From Polyangiaceae bacterium (GTDB lineage Bacteria; Myxococcota_A; Polyangia; Polyangiales; Polyangiaceae): DNA of 64,000 bases. The notes beneath the pieces were generated by a model, which had not been told where the DNA came from, made no database searches, and was given only the letters and a program-made list of their open reading frames with translations. Both the position numbers and the translations under genes were made by a program. The stretch is taken from assembly GCA_050287085.1 (NCBI GenBank), contig JBNKBE010000007.1:1-64000 (forward strand), given 5' to 3'. Shown one piece after another: positions 28,143-38,759 of this stretch (positions within the stretch are counted from its first letter, which is position 1; every line of letters starts with the position of its first letter).

Positions 28143-29057
28143 ATGGCAGCAGACTTCTATCGCGATCTTGGCGTCGCACGCAGTGCCAGCGCCGACGAGA
28201 TCAAACGCGCTTACCGAAAGCTTGCCGCGAAGTACCACCCCGATCGCAATCCCGACAATCCGGACGCCGAGACGCGCTTCAAGACCATCAATCGGGCCAA
28301 CGATGTCCTCGGCGATCCCACCAAGCGGAAGCTCTATGACGAGTTCGGCGAGGTCGGGTTGCGCGAGGGCTTCAATCCCGACATGGCCCGAGGATTCGCC
28401 GGCAACAATCCCTTCGGCGGCAAGAACGGACTCGAGGACCTCTTCGGGGGCCGTGTTGGGGGCTTCGGGGACCTCTTCGGGGAGGTTTTTCGCTCGGGTA
28501 GGGGCTCCACCAAAGGAGCCGACGCGGCCGCCGACGTAACGGTGGACTTCCTCTCCGCCATCAAAGGCGCCAACGTCTCAATCACCGTTCCGGGCGTGTC
28601 CGAGGCGGTCACGATCCGGATTCCCGCGGGTGCCGGAGAAGGTGATAAAGTGCGCGTAGCCGGCCGCGGGGGCGCAGGACGCAATGGCGGTCCTCCAGGC
28701 GACCTAATCCTTACGGTTCGCGTCGCGGCCCACCCCCACTTCACTCGCGAAGGGCTCGACCTAACGCTGGATCTGCCCATCACGGTCGGCGAAGCCTTTT
28801 TTGGCGGCAAGGTGCGTGTTCCCACGCCCCACGGTGACGTCACGCTGACCGTGCCCCCTCGCACCAAGAGCGGCCAGAAGCTCCGGCTAAAAGGAAAAGG
28901 GGTGGCGCGTCAGGGACGCAAAGGCGACCTCTTCGTGCGCTTCGCGGTGCAGGTGCCCGACGTAGCCCCGGAGCTGGCAGACCCCAGCTTGCGCAAAGCG
29001 ATCGAAGAGCTCAGCAAAGCCACAGACATCTCCGCCCGTGACGAAATCCGCTTCTAG
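28143..29057 (+). CDS. DnaJ-class chaperone without zinc finger (CbpA-like)
   Basis: J-domain with HPD, G/F-rich linker, DnaJ C-terminal domain. Confidence 0.93.
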   Translation: MAADFYRDLGVARSASADEIKRAYRKLAAKYHPDRNPDNPDAETRFKTINRANDVLGDPTKRKLYDEFGEVGLREGFNPDMARGFAGNNPFGGKNGLEDLFGGRVGGFGDLFGEVFRSGRGSTKGADAAADVTVDFLSAIKGANVSITVPGVSEAVTIRIPAGAGEGDKVRVAGRGGAGRNGGPPGDLILTVRVAAHPHFTREGLDLTLDLPITVGEAFFGGKVRVPTPHGDVTLTVPPRTKSGQKLRLKGKGVARQGRKGDLFVRFAVQVPDVAPELADPSLRKAIEELSKATDISARDEIRF

Positions 29058-29084
29058 GGGCCAGCGACGCTCGAAGCGCTCGAG

Positions 29085-30182
29085 CTAGCTCACTGCGACC
29101 ACTTCCTCCGCTCGGGGCGCCGCCAATAGACGCGCGCCGTCCGGCCCAAACTGCCGAAGTTCCTCAGAAACCCGACGGACCAGGGCGCTGCGCTCGTGGA
29201 AGGGTAGGAACGAAGACTTGAAACCCGAAAGGACCATCGAACAGACGTCCTCGAAGCTGACCCCCATTTGCGTGTGTACCAGCCAAAGCTCGCGCGAGAC
29301 CGTCGTATCCGTGATCAGACGATTGTCGGTGTTGATCGTCACCCGCACCCCGAGGTCGAAGTAAAGCTTGAGCGGGTGTGCCCCTAGGTCTCGGACGGCG
29401 CCGGTTTGCACATTGCTCGATGGACAACACTCGAGCGGAATGCGGTGGTCGTTGACGTAGCGCAGCAGATCTCCGGATTCGACGAGTCTGCATCCGTGAC
29501 CGACGCGATGCGCCCCGCAGTCGTGGATCGCCTGAGCAATCGATTCCGGACCGTACGCCTCTCCCGCATGGATTGTGCAGTTGATATTGTTGTCCCGGAC
29601 CAGCTGAAACGCGCGGCGGTGTTGCTTGGCCGGGTAGTTCTCCTCCGCCCCCGCCAGGTCAAATCCCACGACGCCCCGTCCCTTGTAGGCCACCGCGAGC
29701 TCTGCCATCTCGTAAGACGACTCAGCCGAGATATTCCGGATGCCGCATAGAATGAGCGTCGACTTTATCCCGTAGAGCTCGCGCGCACGGCCCAATCCCT
29801 CGAGCACCGCTTCCACCACACGCGTCAGCTTCAACCCGCGCTCCGTATGGAGCATCGGAGAATACCGGACTTCCATGTACCGCACGTTCTCGCGGTGTGC
29901 GTCCTCAGCTAGTTCAAACGCGATGCGACTCAGAGCGTGGTCCGTCTGCATTACGCTGAGCGTGATGCTGAACCCACGCAGGTACTCCGTCAGCGAGCTA
30001 TGCGTTTGGCCAACGCCGATCGCGTCATGCAAACCGTCCAACGTGTTGGCCGGCAACTCAACCCCTTGCTCCTCGGCCAACTCGAGAATTGTCTTAAGGC
30101 GCAGCGAACCATCCAGATGAACATGCAAGTCCGTCTTGGGGAGCGCCTCGAACACCGAAAGGGGCACCGTTGGTAGCTTCAT
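29085..30182 (-). CDS. add: Adenosine deaminase
   Basis: 'DLHVHLDGS', 'TIHAGE', 'RVGHG', 'CPSSN', 'INTDN'. Confidence 0.93.
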   Translation of the reverse strand: MKLPTVPLSVFEALPKTDLHVHLDGSLRLKTILELAEEQGVELPANTLDGLHDAIGVGQTHSSLTEYLRGFSITLSVMQTDHALSRIAFELAEDAHRENVRYMEVRYSPMLHTERGLKLTRVVEAVLEGLGRARELYGIKSTLILCGIRNISAESSYEMAELAVAYKGRGVVGFDLAGAEENYPAKQHRRAFQLVRDNNINCTIHAGEAYGPESIAQAIHDCGAHRVGHGCRLVESGDLLRYVNDHRIPLECCPSSNVQTGAVRDLGAHPLKLYFDLGVRVTINTDNRLITDTTVSRELWLVHTQMGVSFEDVCSMVLSGFKSSFLPFHERSALVRRVSEELRQFGPDGARLLAAPRAEEVVAVS

Positions 30183-30349
30183 GCTCGAGTGTAGCGCACT
30201 CGAGCGCGGCGTGCCCCCCCTTCGTGGCGAGCTCGCCACGTCCGATCGCCGCGCTCTGCTGCCTCCGTACTCCGCAGCCAAGCCCGGGATACCGAGCCTC
30301 CTTGCGCATGCCTTTCGCAATTTGCCGCCACTCCGACTATGAGTGGCTC

Positions 30350-32791
30350 ATGTCGACAACGCGCCCTTCACCCGAGGAAATCCTCGCGCTCCTCGCTGAC
30401 GTGGGTAAACCGCTTCACATCGGCGCGATCGCAAAGCGGCTACGTTACCCGGAGTCACAGTTTGACGCCGCTCTCCAGTGCGCGGAGAAGTTGGTTGAAA
30501 CGGGGCAATTGCTCCGCGCCGGGCGCCACCGCTACCGCAGGGGGGCTGAACGTGCGCATAGCTCACGACGAGCGCATCAACAACACCGAGGACTTCTCTC
30601 GGTCACCGGCCGCGGCTTTGGCTTCGTCGCCGCCGCGGGGAAGCCAGACGTCTACGTGCCCGCAAGCTCGATGGCGGGTGCCATGCACGGAGACACCGTG
30701 GAAGTCGAGGTCGTGAAGCAGACTCCACGCGGGGCCGAGGGTGCCATTGTGCAGGTCGTTACCCGCGCCCGTACGCGGGTCGCCGGCGTACTGAGAACAC
30801 GGCGCAACGTTGCCTGGCTTGAACCCGATGACGACCGCATCCGCGGCCCCATCGTCTTGGCAAAGGTACCAGCAGCGGACGATGGCATCGCGATCGTCGC
30901 CGAGCTCACCCGCTACCCGGAGCACCCAGGCGAGAACCCCGAAGGCCGCGTCATCGCTATCTTGGGCCCGGAAGGGGACGCCGAAGTCGAAGTTCAGAAG
31001 ATCAAGGTCCGCGAACAGATCGAAGAAGCACACCCCTCTGAGGCCATGGCCGAGGCCGAAGCCATCGCGCTCCGCGCGCGGCAGCTCAGCGCCGAAGGCC
31101 GCGAGGACCTCCGCGGCGTGCCCTTCCTCACCATCGACCCGGCCGATGCGCGCGACCACGACGACGCGGTGTACGCCGAGAAGACGCCCGACGGCTTTCG
31201 GGCCTATGTCGCTATTGCCGACGTCGCCGAATACGTTCAGCCGTCATCCGCACTGGACGAAGAGGCCAAGCGCCGTGGTTGCACCATCTACCTCCCCGAT
31301 CGCGCCATTCCCATGCTGCCCGGTGCTCTCGCGGCCGACCTCTGCTCCCTACTCCCCGAGCGCGAGCGCTACTGCTTGTGCGCGATCGTCGACCTCGACG
31401 CGCAGGGCACGGTGAAGAAGGCGCGGGTGGTCGAGGGTTTGATGCGAGCCGCAGCCCTGATCACCTACGACAGCGCCGCGCGGACCCTAGGCTTCACCGA
31501 CCAGCCCCCCCTCTCTCCCCAGGCTGAAGCCTTCAAGAAACCCCTGAAGGTCATTGCCTCGCTAACCCAGAAACTGCGCCGTGCACGCATGTCGCGTGGT
31601 GCTTTGAACCTCGATCTCCCCGAGGCCAAAGTTCAGCTCGCCCCCGGAACCCATGAGCCGACGGGCATCACGCAGCGCGCGGTCGATCCGGGGATCAAGA
31701 AGGGCTATCAGCTCGTCGAGGAGCTCATGCTGCTGGCCAACGAGGTGGTCGCACAGTGGCTGATCGCGCGAAAGAGCCCAGCGGTCTATCGCGTTCACGG
31801 AGCACCGGACGAAGAGAAGTTGCTACGACTAGTGACCGCCGCAGAAACTCTAGGCTTGCGCGTCTCACGGGACGACCTCGGCGATAGCAAGAAGCTCAGC
31901 CGATTTCTTCGGCGCATCGCCAAGCACCCCAAGAAGCCAATCCTCGAGATGTTGCTACTGCGCTCGCTCAAGCAAGCAAGCTACGACATTGTCAACATCG
32001 GACACTTTGGTCTCGCTTCCGACGCGTATGTGCACTTCACCTCGCCGATACGGCGCTACCCCGACTTGCTCGTGCATCGGGCGGTGAAGCGCCTCATCCG
32101 CGGACAGCGCGCCGAGCGATCTGCCGACGCTCTGGAGGCGCTAGCGGAGGCCGCCACCTTGGCCAGCGCCCGCGAGCGCGCCGCGATCAAGGTGGAACGC
32201 GAAGTCGTCGATCTCTACCGCGCCCTCTACATGCGCGACCACATTGGTGAACACTTCGAAGCCACGGTCACCGCCTTCAGCGGTAGTGGCTTGTTCGCAG
32301 CCGTGACCAACCCCTTTGTCGACATCATGGTCCGCTTCGAGGCCCTGGGGAAGGAACGCTTCGAGCTCGCCGACGATCAGCTGAGTTTGGTGGCCGAGCG
32401 CAGCGGCGAACGCATCTCGCTGGGTGATACGCTTATCATTCGCGTGGAGGACGTGTCCGTCCTCAGACGGCAAGTGTACGGCACGCGCCTTGCGTATTCC
32501 CTGGGCGCTCCCTCACCCTCAGACAGTCATGGCCGGCCAGCGCGGCCGATTGTCGCCAAGTCCGGAGGCCGCACCCAGCAAGGCACCCCCAAAGCCCGCG
32601 ACCGCAAACCGTCAACGCGGCGTGGTGACGAGCCCTCTGAGCGCCGCGGCGCAAAGCCCGGAACGGCCAAGGTGGCTCGGCCCCAGAGTTCCTCCCGCAC
32701 AGGCGCAAAGAAGAGCGGCAGGAAGAAGCCGAGCGCCGCCGCGGAGCAACCCGGAGCACGCAGGGCGACGACGCGGCGCAAGCGCAAGTAA
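30350..32791 (+). CDS. rnr: Ribonuclease R
   Basis: Cold-shock domain 'GFGFV'; 'TIDPADARDHDDA'; 'HFTSPIRRYPDL'; S1 domain; basic tail. Confidence 0.93.
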   Translation: MSTTRPSPEEILALLADVGKPLHIGAIAKRLRYPESQFDAALQCAEKLVETGQLLRAGRHRYRRGAERAHSSRRAHQQHRGLLSVTGRGFGFVAAAGKPDVYVPASSMAGAMHGDTVEVEVVKQTPRGAEGAIVQVVTRARTRVAGVLRTRRNVAWLEPDDDRIRGPIVLAKVPAADDGIAIVAELTRYPEHPGENPEGRVIAILGPEGDAEVEVQKIKVREQIEEAHPSEAMAEAEAIALRARQLSAEGREDLRGVPFLTIDPADARDHDDAVYAEKTPDGFRAYVAIADVAEYVQPSSALDEEAKRRGCTIYLPDRAIPMLPGALAADLCSLLPERERYCLCAIVDLDAQGTVKKARVVEGLMRAAALITYDSAARTLGFTDQPPLSPQAEAFKKPLKVIASLTQKLRRARMSRGALNLDLPEAKVQLAPGTHEPTGITQRAVDPGIKKGYQLVEELMLLANEVVAQWLIARKSPAVYRVHGAPDEEKLLRLVTAAETLGLRVSRDDLGDSKKLSRFLRRIAKHPKKPILEMLLLRSLKQASYDIVNIGHFGLASDAYVHFTSPIRRYPDLLVHRAVKRLIRGQRAERSADALEALAEAATLASARERAAIKVEREVVDLYRALYMRDHIGEHFEATVTAFSGSGLFAAVTNPFVDIMVRFEALGKERFELADDQLSLVAERSGERISLGDTLIIRVEDVSVLRRQVYGTRLAYSLGAPSPSDSHGRPARPIVAKSGGRTQQGTPKARDRKPSTRRGDEPSERRGAKPGTAKVARPQSSSRTGAKKSGRKKPSAAAEQPGARRATTRRKRK

Positions 32792-32828
32792 GCGCCCTCC
32801 GACGCGGCCCAGGCCGTCCGGCAAGAGC

Positions 32829-34148
32829 TCAGTGCGCAGGCACTATCAGGTCGGTCCCTACCCAAGGCCGCAGCACCTCGGGCACCACCAGACTGCCGTC
32901 CGCCTGCTGATACTGCTCGAGCACAGCCACCAGGGCGCGCCCGACCGCAACCCCCGAACCATTGAGGGTGTGCACCAGCTCCGGTTTGCTCTTCGGCTCA
33001 GTCCGGAAGCGAATCTTGGCTCGGCGCGCCTGGAAGTCACCACACCAACTGCAGCTCGAGATCTCACGATACGCCCCCTGTCCCGGAAGCCAGACCTCGA
33101 GATCGTAGGTCTTGCGCGCCGAGAAGCCGAGGTCGCCACTGCACAACTCCACCACGCGGTAGTGCAAGCCAAGCCCTTGGAGCACCGCCTCGGCGTGGCT
33201 TGTCAGCAGCTCTAGCTCCGCCAGCCCTTGCTCGGGTTTGACAAGACGAACCAACTCGACCTTTTCGAATTGGTGTTGGCGAATGAGGCCCCGCACGTCC
33301 CGCCCGTACGAGCCCGCTTCACTGCGAAAGCACGGCGTTTGCGCCGTATACGCCAGTGGCAGTTGGGCTCCGTCGACGATCTCGCCTGCGTGCAGATTCG
33401 TCAGCGTCACCTCCGCGGTCGGGATCATGTACAACACATCTTCGCCGTCCTGCTCGCTGTCAGGGCCGCGCCGCGAAGTCCGGAAGACGTCTTGTTCAAA
33501 CTTCGGAAGCTGACCGGTGCCATATAGCGCGCTGGCTCGCACCAAATACGGTGTGTACACCTCGGTATAGCCATGGCGTTCCGTATGGCACTGCAGCATG
33601 TACTGCGCGAGCGCACGACCCAGCCGAGCCCCAAACCCCATCAGCACGGCAAAGCGCGATCCGGAAAGCTTCGCCGCCCGCTCGAAGTCAACGAGACCAA
33701 GGCCCTCCGCAACGTCAAAGTGCTCTCGCGCTTCAAACGACAACTCCGGCTTCGTGCCCACGACCCGCACCACCCGATTGTCTTTTTCGCTCGTACCGAT
33801 GGGAACGCTCTCGTGAGGGAGATTCGGCACCACCGCAAGCGCGGCTTCCAAATCCCCCTCGAGCGCCGAAAGCTCCGTCTCCAGGCGTTTCACTTCCGCG
33901 GAAAGTGCCTTCAGTCGCTCCCGATGCTCGGCGAAGGCTACCTTGTCTCCAGACTTGGCAAGCTCGGCCATCGCCTGATTGGCCTGATTGCGTTCAGCTT
34001 GCAGCCCCTCGGTCTTCTGCACCAGGGCTCGCCGGCGTTCGGCAAGCTCCGCGGCTGGCGCCAACTGCGCCGCCGCCTCAGGCGAGCGACGAGCTAACCC
34101 CGCGGCGACCTCATTGAAGTGCTCAGCGACATAGCGTGGATCGAACAT
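32829..34148 (-). CDS. serS: Serine--tRNA ligase
   Basis: 'PTAEV', 'FRSEAG', 'RQHQFEKVE', 'EISSCS', 'TLNGSG'. Confidence 0.97.
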   Translation of the reverse strand: MFDPRYVAEHFNEVAAGLARRSPEAAAQLAPAAELAERRRALVQKTEGLQAERNQANQAMAELAKSGDKVAFAEHRERLKALSAEVKRLETELSALEGDLEAALAVVPNLPHESVPIGTSEKDNRVVRVVGTKPELSFEAREHFDVAEGLGLVDFERAAKLSGSRFAVLMGFGARLGRALAQYMLQCHTERHGYTEVYTPYLVRASALYGTGQLPKFEQDVFRTSRRGPDSEQDGEDVLYMIPTAEVTLTNLHAGEIVDGAQLPLAYTAQTPCFRSEAGSYGRDVRGLIRQHQFEKVELVRLVKPEQGLAELELLTSHAEAVLQGLGLHYRVVELCSGDLGFSARKTYDLEVWLPGQGAYREISSCSWCGDFQARRAKIRFRTEPKSKPELVHTLNGSGVAVGRALVAVLEQYQQADGSLVVPEVLRPWVGTDLIVPAH

Positions 34149-34243
34149 GGGCGCCTGTGTAGCGGCATTCGCCGCGGCAGTCGAGCCCGCGAGCCACGGG
34201 CTCACTCAGTGCGCGTCGTGGCTCGCGTCAGGGAGCTCGCCCG

Positions 34244-34882
34244 TCACCACATCCAGTAGTTCGGATACCAGTAGTTCGGGTGATAGGGCAGCCGCGGAAC
34301 CGGGGCAGGCGCCGCGTTTGGTGGCGCTGCCGCCTCTACGGCATCGAGCGCGAAGAGCTGAGTAACCAACGTGCACAAGCGTTGCGCTTCGCCCGAGCAC
34401 CCCACCCACGTGCCAGCTTCTACGATCTGGTCTTCGCCAAAGAGGAAGACGCTGCCGTCGCCTTCCACGCGCAGCCAAGCCACGCCCGACCAGGGCGGCG
34501 CAGCGTTGTGGGTGCCAAGACGACCGAGCGACTCCGCGCCCGGCCCCACCAGGTAGCCGTCTGCCTTGAGCAAGGCGAAGGGCGCGCCGTCCCGATCGCG
34601 AACGCGGCCCGCGCGATCCACGCTGTAGACAAGCTCACCCGCGACGCTGATTTGCCCCAGACGATTGATGGCAACATCACGCCCCATACCGCCGTGCCAG
34701 AACGCGTCGGCCAGGGCTAGCGTCGCGCCGCCCTCGGGCCATTCAGGCGCCGGCATGCCGACACACCCGCTCAGGCCCGCCAGCGCGAACCCACTCGTGA
34801 CCCAATTCCAGAAGGCACCCCGCAAGGACCCCCGGCCGGGCCTACGCCCGAACCGCGATCGCCGCCAGACCGAAGCGCTCAT
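34244..34882 (-). CDS. Hypothetical lipoprotein
   Basis: Lipobox LSGC; aromatic C-terminal tail YHPNYWYPNYWMW. Confidence 0.65.
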   Translation of the reverse strand: MSASVWRRSRFGRRPGRGSLRGAFWNWVTSGFALAGLSGCVGMPAPEWPEGGATLALADAFWHGGMGRDVAINRLGQISVAGELVYSVDRAGRVRDRDGAPFALLKADGYLVGPGAESLGRLGTHNAAPPWSGVAWLRVEGDGSVFLFGEDQIVEAGTWVGCSGEAQRLCTLVTQLFALDAVEAAAPPNAAPAPVPRLPYHPNYWYPNYWMW

Positions 34883-34939
34883 GACGCGAGGGTATCCCTT
34901 TTTTTGCCCGCACGCCAGCGTAGCCCCTACCACGTCAAG

Positions 34940-35908
34940 ATGACATTCTGGCGACCCGGCTGCGCAGAATTCCCAAACGACAACCCCGCCCTGCACGCAG
35001 GCGTCCGCTGGCTGCCCACCTGGACCCGTGGCTTCCCGCAAGCGCAGGGGGCCGCGGAAAGCGGTGGGGAGCAAGCGCCAGCGCCCGCGGCTCTCAGCGG
35101 GAACCTAGCCGCACCTGCGGGCCTGGCTGCCCCGAGCCCATCCGCTGAACGAGACGAGCCGCGCGCGCTGGCCCCTCACGCCGCGGTGGAGCCCCTGGGG
35201 GTCGCGTTGGAGCCGGACGTTCCCGAGGTGCAGGAGTCCGCCCCGGACGAATACGAGACTGGCCCCGGGTCTGAATCCGCAGCGGAGGTCGACCCCTTCA
35301 TCCTGGAGCTTCAGGCCTTGGTGGCGCCGGTTCTGAAGACTGAGACCGGAACATCCTCCACCCCCTGCGATGCTCTGAAGCAGCCCCTACTAACGGAAGC
35401 TGCAAGTGCCCTGCGCAGCTCCACGCCCTTTCGCGTCCCACACCCGAGCCAAGTGATGTCCCCGCTTACGCACCTCACCGCGTCAGCGACTCTCGAGCTG
35501 GACCTAACACCCCCGCCGCCAGGTTGCGAAGGTTGGCAGCAACTGTTGGCGAAGCTCTCCGACTACCTGCTCGCGCGCGGTGCCACACGCGCGGCGGCTG
35601 CCGTTGGACCGCTCCTTTCGGGCGAACGCGTGGACTTGACGCGCCTCGGACCCCGGGTCACGAGCGCCCTCGTCGCCAGCGGCATTGTCGACCGCCATGG
35701 CCGCACCCTCAGACCGAGTGTCCGCTTCCAGGCCGCCGCCACCGAACTCCGGGAGAGCTTCTCCGCCGGGGGCGGCAACCCGCGCGGCGCTAAGGACCTG
35801 TGCGTAACCCTCGTCACCGGGCTACTCGCGAGCGCCGCGGGCCCCGAAACGATCAGCGCGCAGCTGCGTCAAGCTGGTCTCGACGCCCTGCTCGACCGCG
35901 CCGCCTAG
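34940..35908 (+). CDS. Hypothetical protein
   Basis: Long ORF filling the gap, Pro/Ala/Glu-rich middle. Confidence 0.6.
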   Translation: MTFWRPGCAEFPNDNPALHAGVRWLPTWTRGFPQAQGAAESGGEQAPAPAALSGNLAAPAGLAAPSPSAERDEPRALAPHAAVEPLGVALEPDVPEVQESAPDEYETGPGSESAAEVDPFILELQALVAPVLKTETGTSSTPCDALKQPLLTEAASALRSSTPFRVPHPSQVMSPLTHLTASATLELDLTPPPPGCEGWQQLLAKLSDYLLARGATRAAAAVGPLLSGERVDLTRLGPRVTSALVASGIVDRHGRTLRPSVRFQAAATELRESFSAGGGNPRGAKDLCVTLVTGLLASAAGPETISAQLRQAGLDALLDRAA

Positions 35909-36001
35909 GTCCTCCCCGCGCCCGGACGACTAGCCCGGGCGAAAGGGATCCGGGGCGCCGCGCTTTCACAGCCGGGTGAGGCCCGTGTACAGTTTGCAGT
36001 C

Positions 36002-37684
36002 ATGTCAACACACGCCTCCCTGCGCCGGCGAGCAGCCGCGGTCCTCCTGGGTCTGTTGATGTTGTGTGCGGCCATGCCCTGCGGGGCGGCGCCTCAAGCC
36101 GACGACGCCAACCCCTCCGCGATGACGGAAGCCCTGGACCGCGGCCTGGAGCGCTTCAACGGCTGGGTAGCCGGCGCGCTATTCTTCAGCGTCACGGGTG
36201 ACCTCATCACGGCTCCCCAAGTCGACGATCACATGCAGCCGGTGTTGGACACCCATGGCAAGCCGAAACGCGTTCCGGTCGGCTTCCCATTCATTGTCTT
36301 CACCCTGGTCAGTGGCGGCCTGCTGCTGACCTTCTACTACGGCTTCGTCAACGTGCGCGGCCTGCGCCACGCTCTCGATGTCCTCCGCGGCCACTACGAC
36401 GATCCCAACGACGACGGCGACGTCACGCACTTCCAGGCCCTGACGGCAGCGCTCTCCGCAACGGTTGGGCTCGGCAATATCGCGGGCGTGGCGATCGCAA
36501 TTCAAGTCGGTGGCCCAGGCGCGATGTTCTGGATGTTCGTCGCCGCCTTCCTCGGCATGAGCTTGAAGCTAACAAGCTGCACTCTCTCGCAGATCTATCG
36601 ACGCCAGAACCCCGACGGGACGATCTCGGGTGGCCCGATGTACTACCTCGAGGCCGGCCTCAGCCACCTCGCCCCCGGCAGCCCGATCGCGAGGCTCGGC
36701 AAGGTGCTCGCAGTCGTCTACGCCCTGATGATCATCGGTGGCTCCTTTGGGGGCGGCAATATGTTTCAGGCCAACCAATCCTTTGGCGCTCTCCAGGCTG
36801 CCTTCGGCCTAAGCGACGCGATGGGACATCCCGTCGGCATCTTGCTTGCGACCATGGTCGCGATCGTCATCTTAGGAGGTATTCGGCGCATCGCTTCCGC
36901 AACGTCGCGCATCGTGCCTCTGATGGTCCTCACCTACGGCGCCGCGTCCCTCTACGTGGTGCTCGCCAACCTGTCCAACGTGCCGACTGCGCTGGAGAAC
37001 GTCTTCACGATGGCCTTCACCGACAACGCTGTTTACGGCGGCATGCTCGGCGTGGTCGTCAAGGGGTTTCAACGGGCTAGTTTCTCCAACGAGGCAGGCG
37101 TCGGCAGCGCCGCGATCGCTCACGCAGCGGCACGCACCGACGAACCCGTCCGCGAGGGACTCGTAGCCATGTTGGAGCCGGTGATCGACACGATGATCGT
37201 GTGCTCCATGACCGCGATGGTGGTCATTGCGACCGGCGTCTGGAACGATCCGGTCCTCGCTCAGGCGAGTGGCGACTTGCGTGGCGTGGAACTGACCGCC
37301 GCTGCGTTTGCGACCGCCCTGCCGTGGTTTCCCGCGGTGCTCACCGGCTGCGTGTTGCTATTTGCCTATTCCACCATGATCAGCTGGGCCTACTACGGCG
37401 AACGAGGCTGGATCTATCTCGTCGACCACCTCGGGTCCGGCTGGGGTCATCGCTCGCTGGTATTGTATCGGCTCGCCTTCGTTCTCTTCGTTTATGTTGG
37501 AACCGTGACAAAAGCGGAAAACGTTCTCACCTTCAGCGATCTGATGATCTTGTGCATGGCTCTGCCGAACATCCTCGGGGGACTCATTTTGGCCCCCTCG
37601 GTCAAACGCCACATCGACGACTACCTCAACCGGCACCGCGCCGGCACCATGGCCACCGCATCCGCATCCTCGGGCGGGGACTAG
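36002..37684 (+). CDS. Sodium:alanine/glycine symporter (AGCS/AlsT family)
   Basis: 'ATVGLGNIAGVA', 'GGPGAMFWM', 'GGPMYY', 'FSNEAGVGSA'. Confidence 0.95.
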   Translation: MSTHASLRRRAAAVLLGLLMLCAAMPCGAAPQADDANPSAMTEALDRGLERFNGWVAGALFFSVTGDLITAPQVDDHMQPVLDTHGKPKRVPVGFPFIVFTLVSGGLLLTFYYGFVNVRGLRHALDVLRGHYDDPNDDGDVTHFQALTAALSATVGLGNIAGVAIAIQVGGPGAMFWMFVAAFLGMSLKLTSCTLSQIYRRQNPDGTISGGPMYYLEAGLSHLAPGSPIARLGKVLAVVYALMIIGGSFGGGNMFQANQSFGALQAAFGLSDAMGHPVGILLATMVAIVILGGIRRIASATSRIVPLMVLTYGAASLYVVLANLSNVPTALENVFTMAFTDNAVYGGMLGVVVKGFQRASFSNEAGVGSAAIAHAAARTDEPVREGLVAMLEPVIDTMIVCSMTAMVVIATGVWNDPVLAQASGDLRGVELTAAAFATALPWFPAVLTGCVLLFAYSTMISWAYYGERGWIYLVDHLGSGWGHRSLVLYRLAFVLFVYVGTVTKAENVLTFSDLMILCMALPNILGGLILAPSVKRHIDDYLNRHRAGTMATASASSGGD

Positions 37685-37902
37685 ACCGGTCCAAGATCCC
37701 GACCTGGCTGTTCAACAACTGGCGCTCGCGCGCGATTGCCTGCTACGGTAGCCGGTCCACCCTGCCCGTCGGGCAAGTAGGTAGTCGTGCTGCGCAAGGA
37801 ACACGAAACAATACGAGACGACCGACTCGGGCGCCCGGGCCCCGCTGACTCCGCAAAGACGCGCCGGGATTCGCTTTCGAGATCGTCGTTCGAGAGGGAC
37901 GC

Positions 37903-38754
37903 ATGATAGTCGTGATGCATGAGAACGCCCCCGAGGGGGCCATTGAAAACGCCATCTCCTGGCTGGTCGCCGCGGGCTACGACGTGCACCGCTCGAGCGG
38001 CGTAACCCGCACCACGCTCGGCGTGGTGGGCCCAACCAGTTCGGACGACATGAACGTCATCCGCGAGTTCGACGGCGTCGCCAAGGTTGTACGTGTTAAC
38101 GAACCCTTTCACCTCGCCTCGACGCACTTTCGCAGTACCCCCACCGTCCTCAACGGCGCCTGGGGAACCATTGGCGGCAAGATTCCATGGATTGCCATTG
38201 AGCCAGTAGGCATGGCGCCCGGCGCTGCCCTCGCCCAGCGGCTCTCCGCAGGTAAGCCCTTTGACGCCGCCGTGGTGCGTGACCGCGTTGCACCTGCCGC
38301 ATTGGGACCCCTGACGTGCCTATCACTGCACAGCTCTCCGCAGGAGCAGAAGTTCCCGCTCCTATTCGTTACCCGCCCTCCCTCCGCCGGAGCAGACCAG
38401 TGGATCTCCGCTGCGGAGAAGGAGTTGCAGCGTAGTGAAAACTCCGTTGTTCTGGTGGAGGCCGGCGGCCAATACCCAAGTGGCGCTCGCACCCTGGAGG
38501 TCGCCGCCATCGCTCGAGCCAAGTTGCGAACGCATCTGCCCATCGTGGTGGACGTTCCCACCATTGCCCAACAGGCCCGCTACTCCGCACCCGTTGCCTC
38601 GGCCGCGATCGGCGCAGGAGCCGACGGAGTGATTCTGCGAGTCTGGGTGGGTTCCAGCGACGAACCAACCCGCGTGCCGGCCACCCTCACCTGGCAAGCT
38701 GCAGCGGAGCTCGCCCAACGCCTGCGCGCCATGGCGCGCGCACTCCGAGGTTAA
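37903..38754 (+). CDS. Degenerate type I-beta DAHP synthase homologue with N-terminal regulatory domain
   Basis: N-terminal ACT/ferredoxin-like domain ('MIVVM...HRSSGVTRTTLGVVG...VVRVNEPFHLAS') and late barrel ('HLPIVVD', 'GADGVIL') are recognisable; catalytic motifs are absent. Confidence 0.8.
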   Translation: MIVVMHENAPEGAIENAISWLVAAGYDVHRSSGVTRTTLGVVGPTSSDDMNVIREFDGVAKVVRVNEPFHLASTHFRSTPTVLNGAWGTIGGKIPWIAIEPVGMAPGAALAQRLSAGKPFDAAVVRDRVAPAALGPLTCLSLHSSPQEQKFPLLFVTRPPSAGADQWISAAEKELQRSENSVVLVEAGGQYPSGARTLEVAAIARAKLRTHLPIVVDVPTIAQQARYSAPVASAAIGAGADGVILRVWVGSSDEPTRVPATLTWQAAAELAQRLRAMARALRG

Positions 38755-38759
38755 CGTCG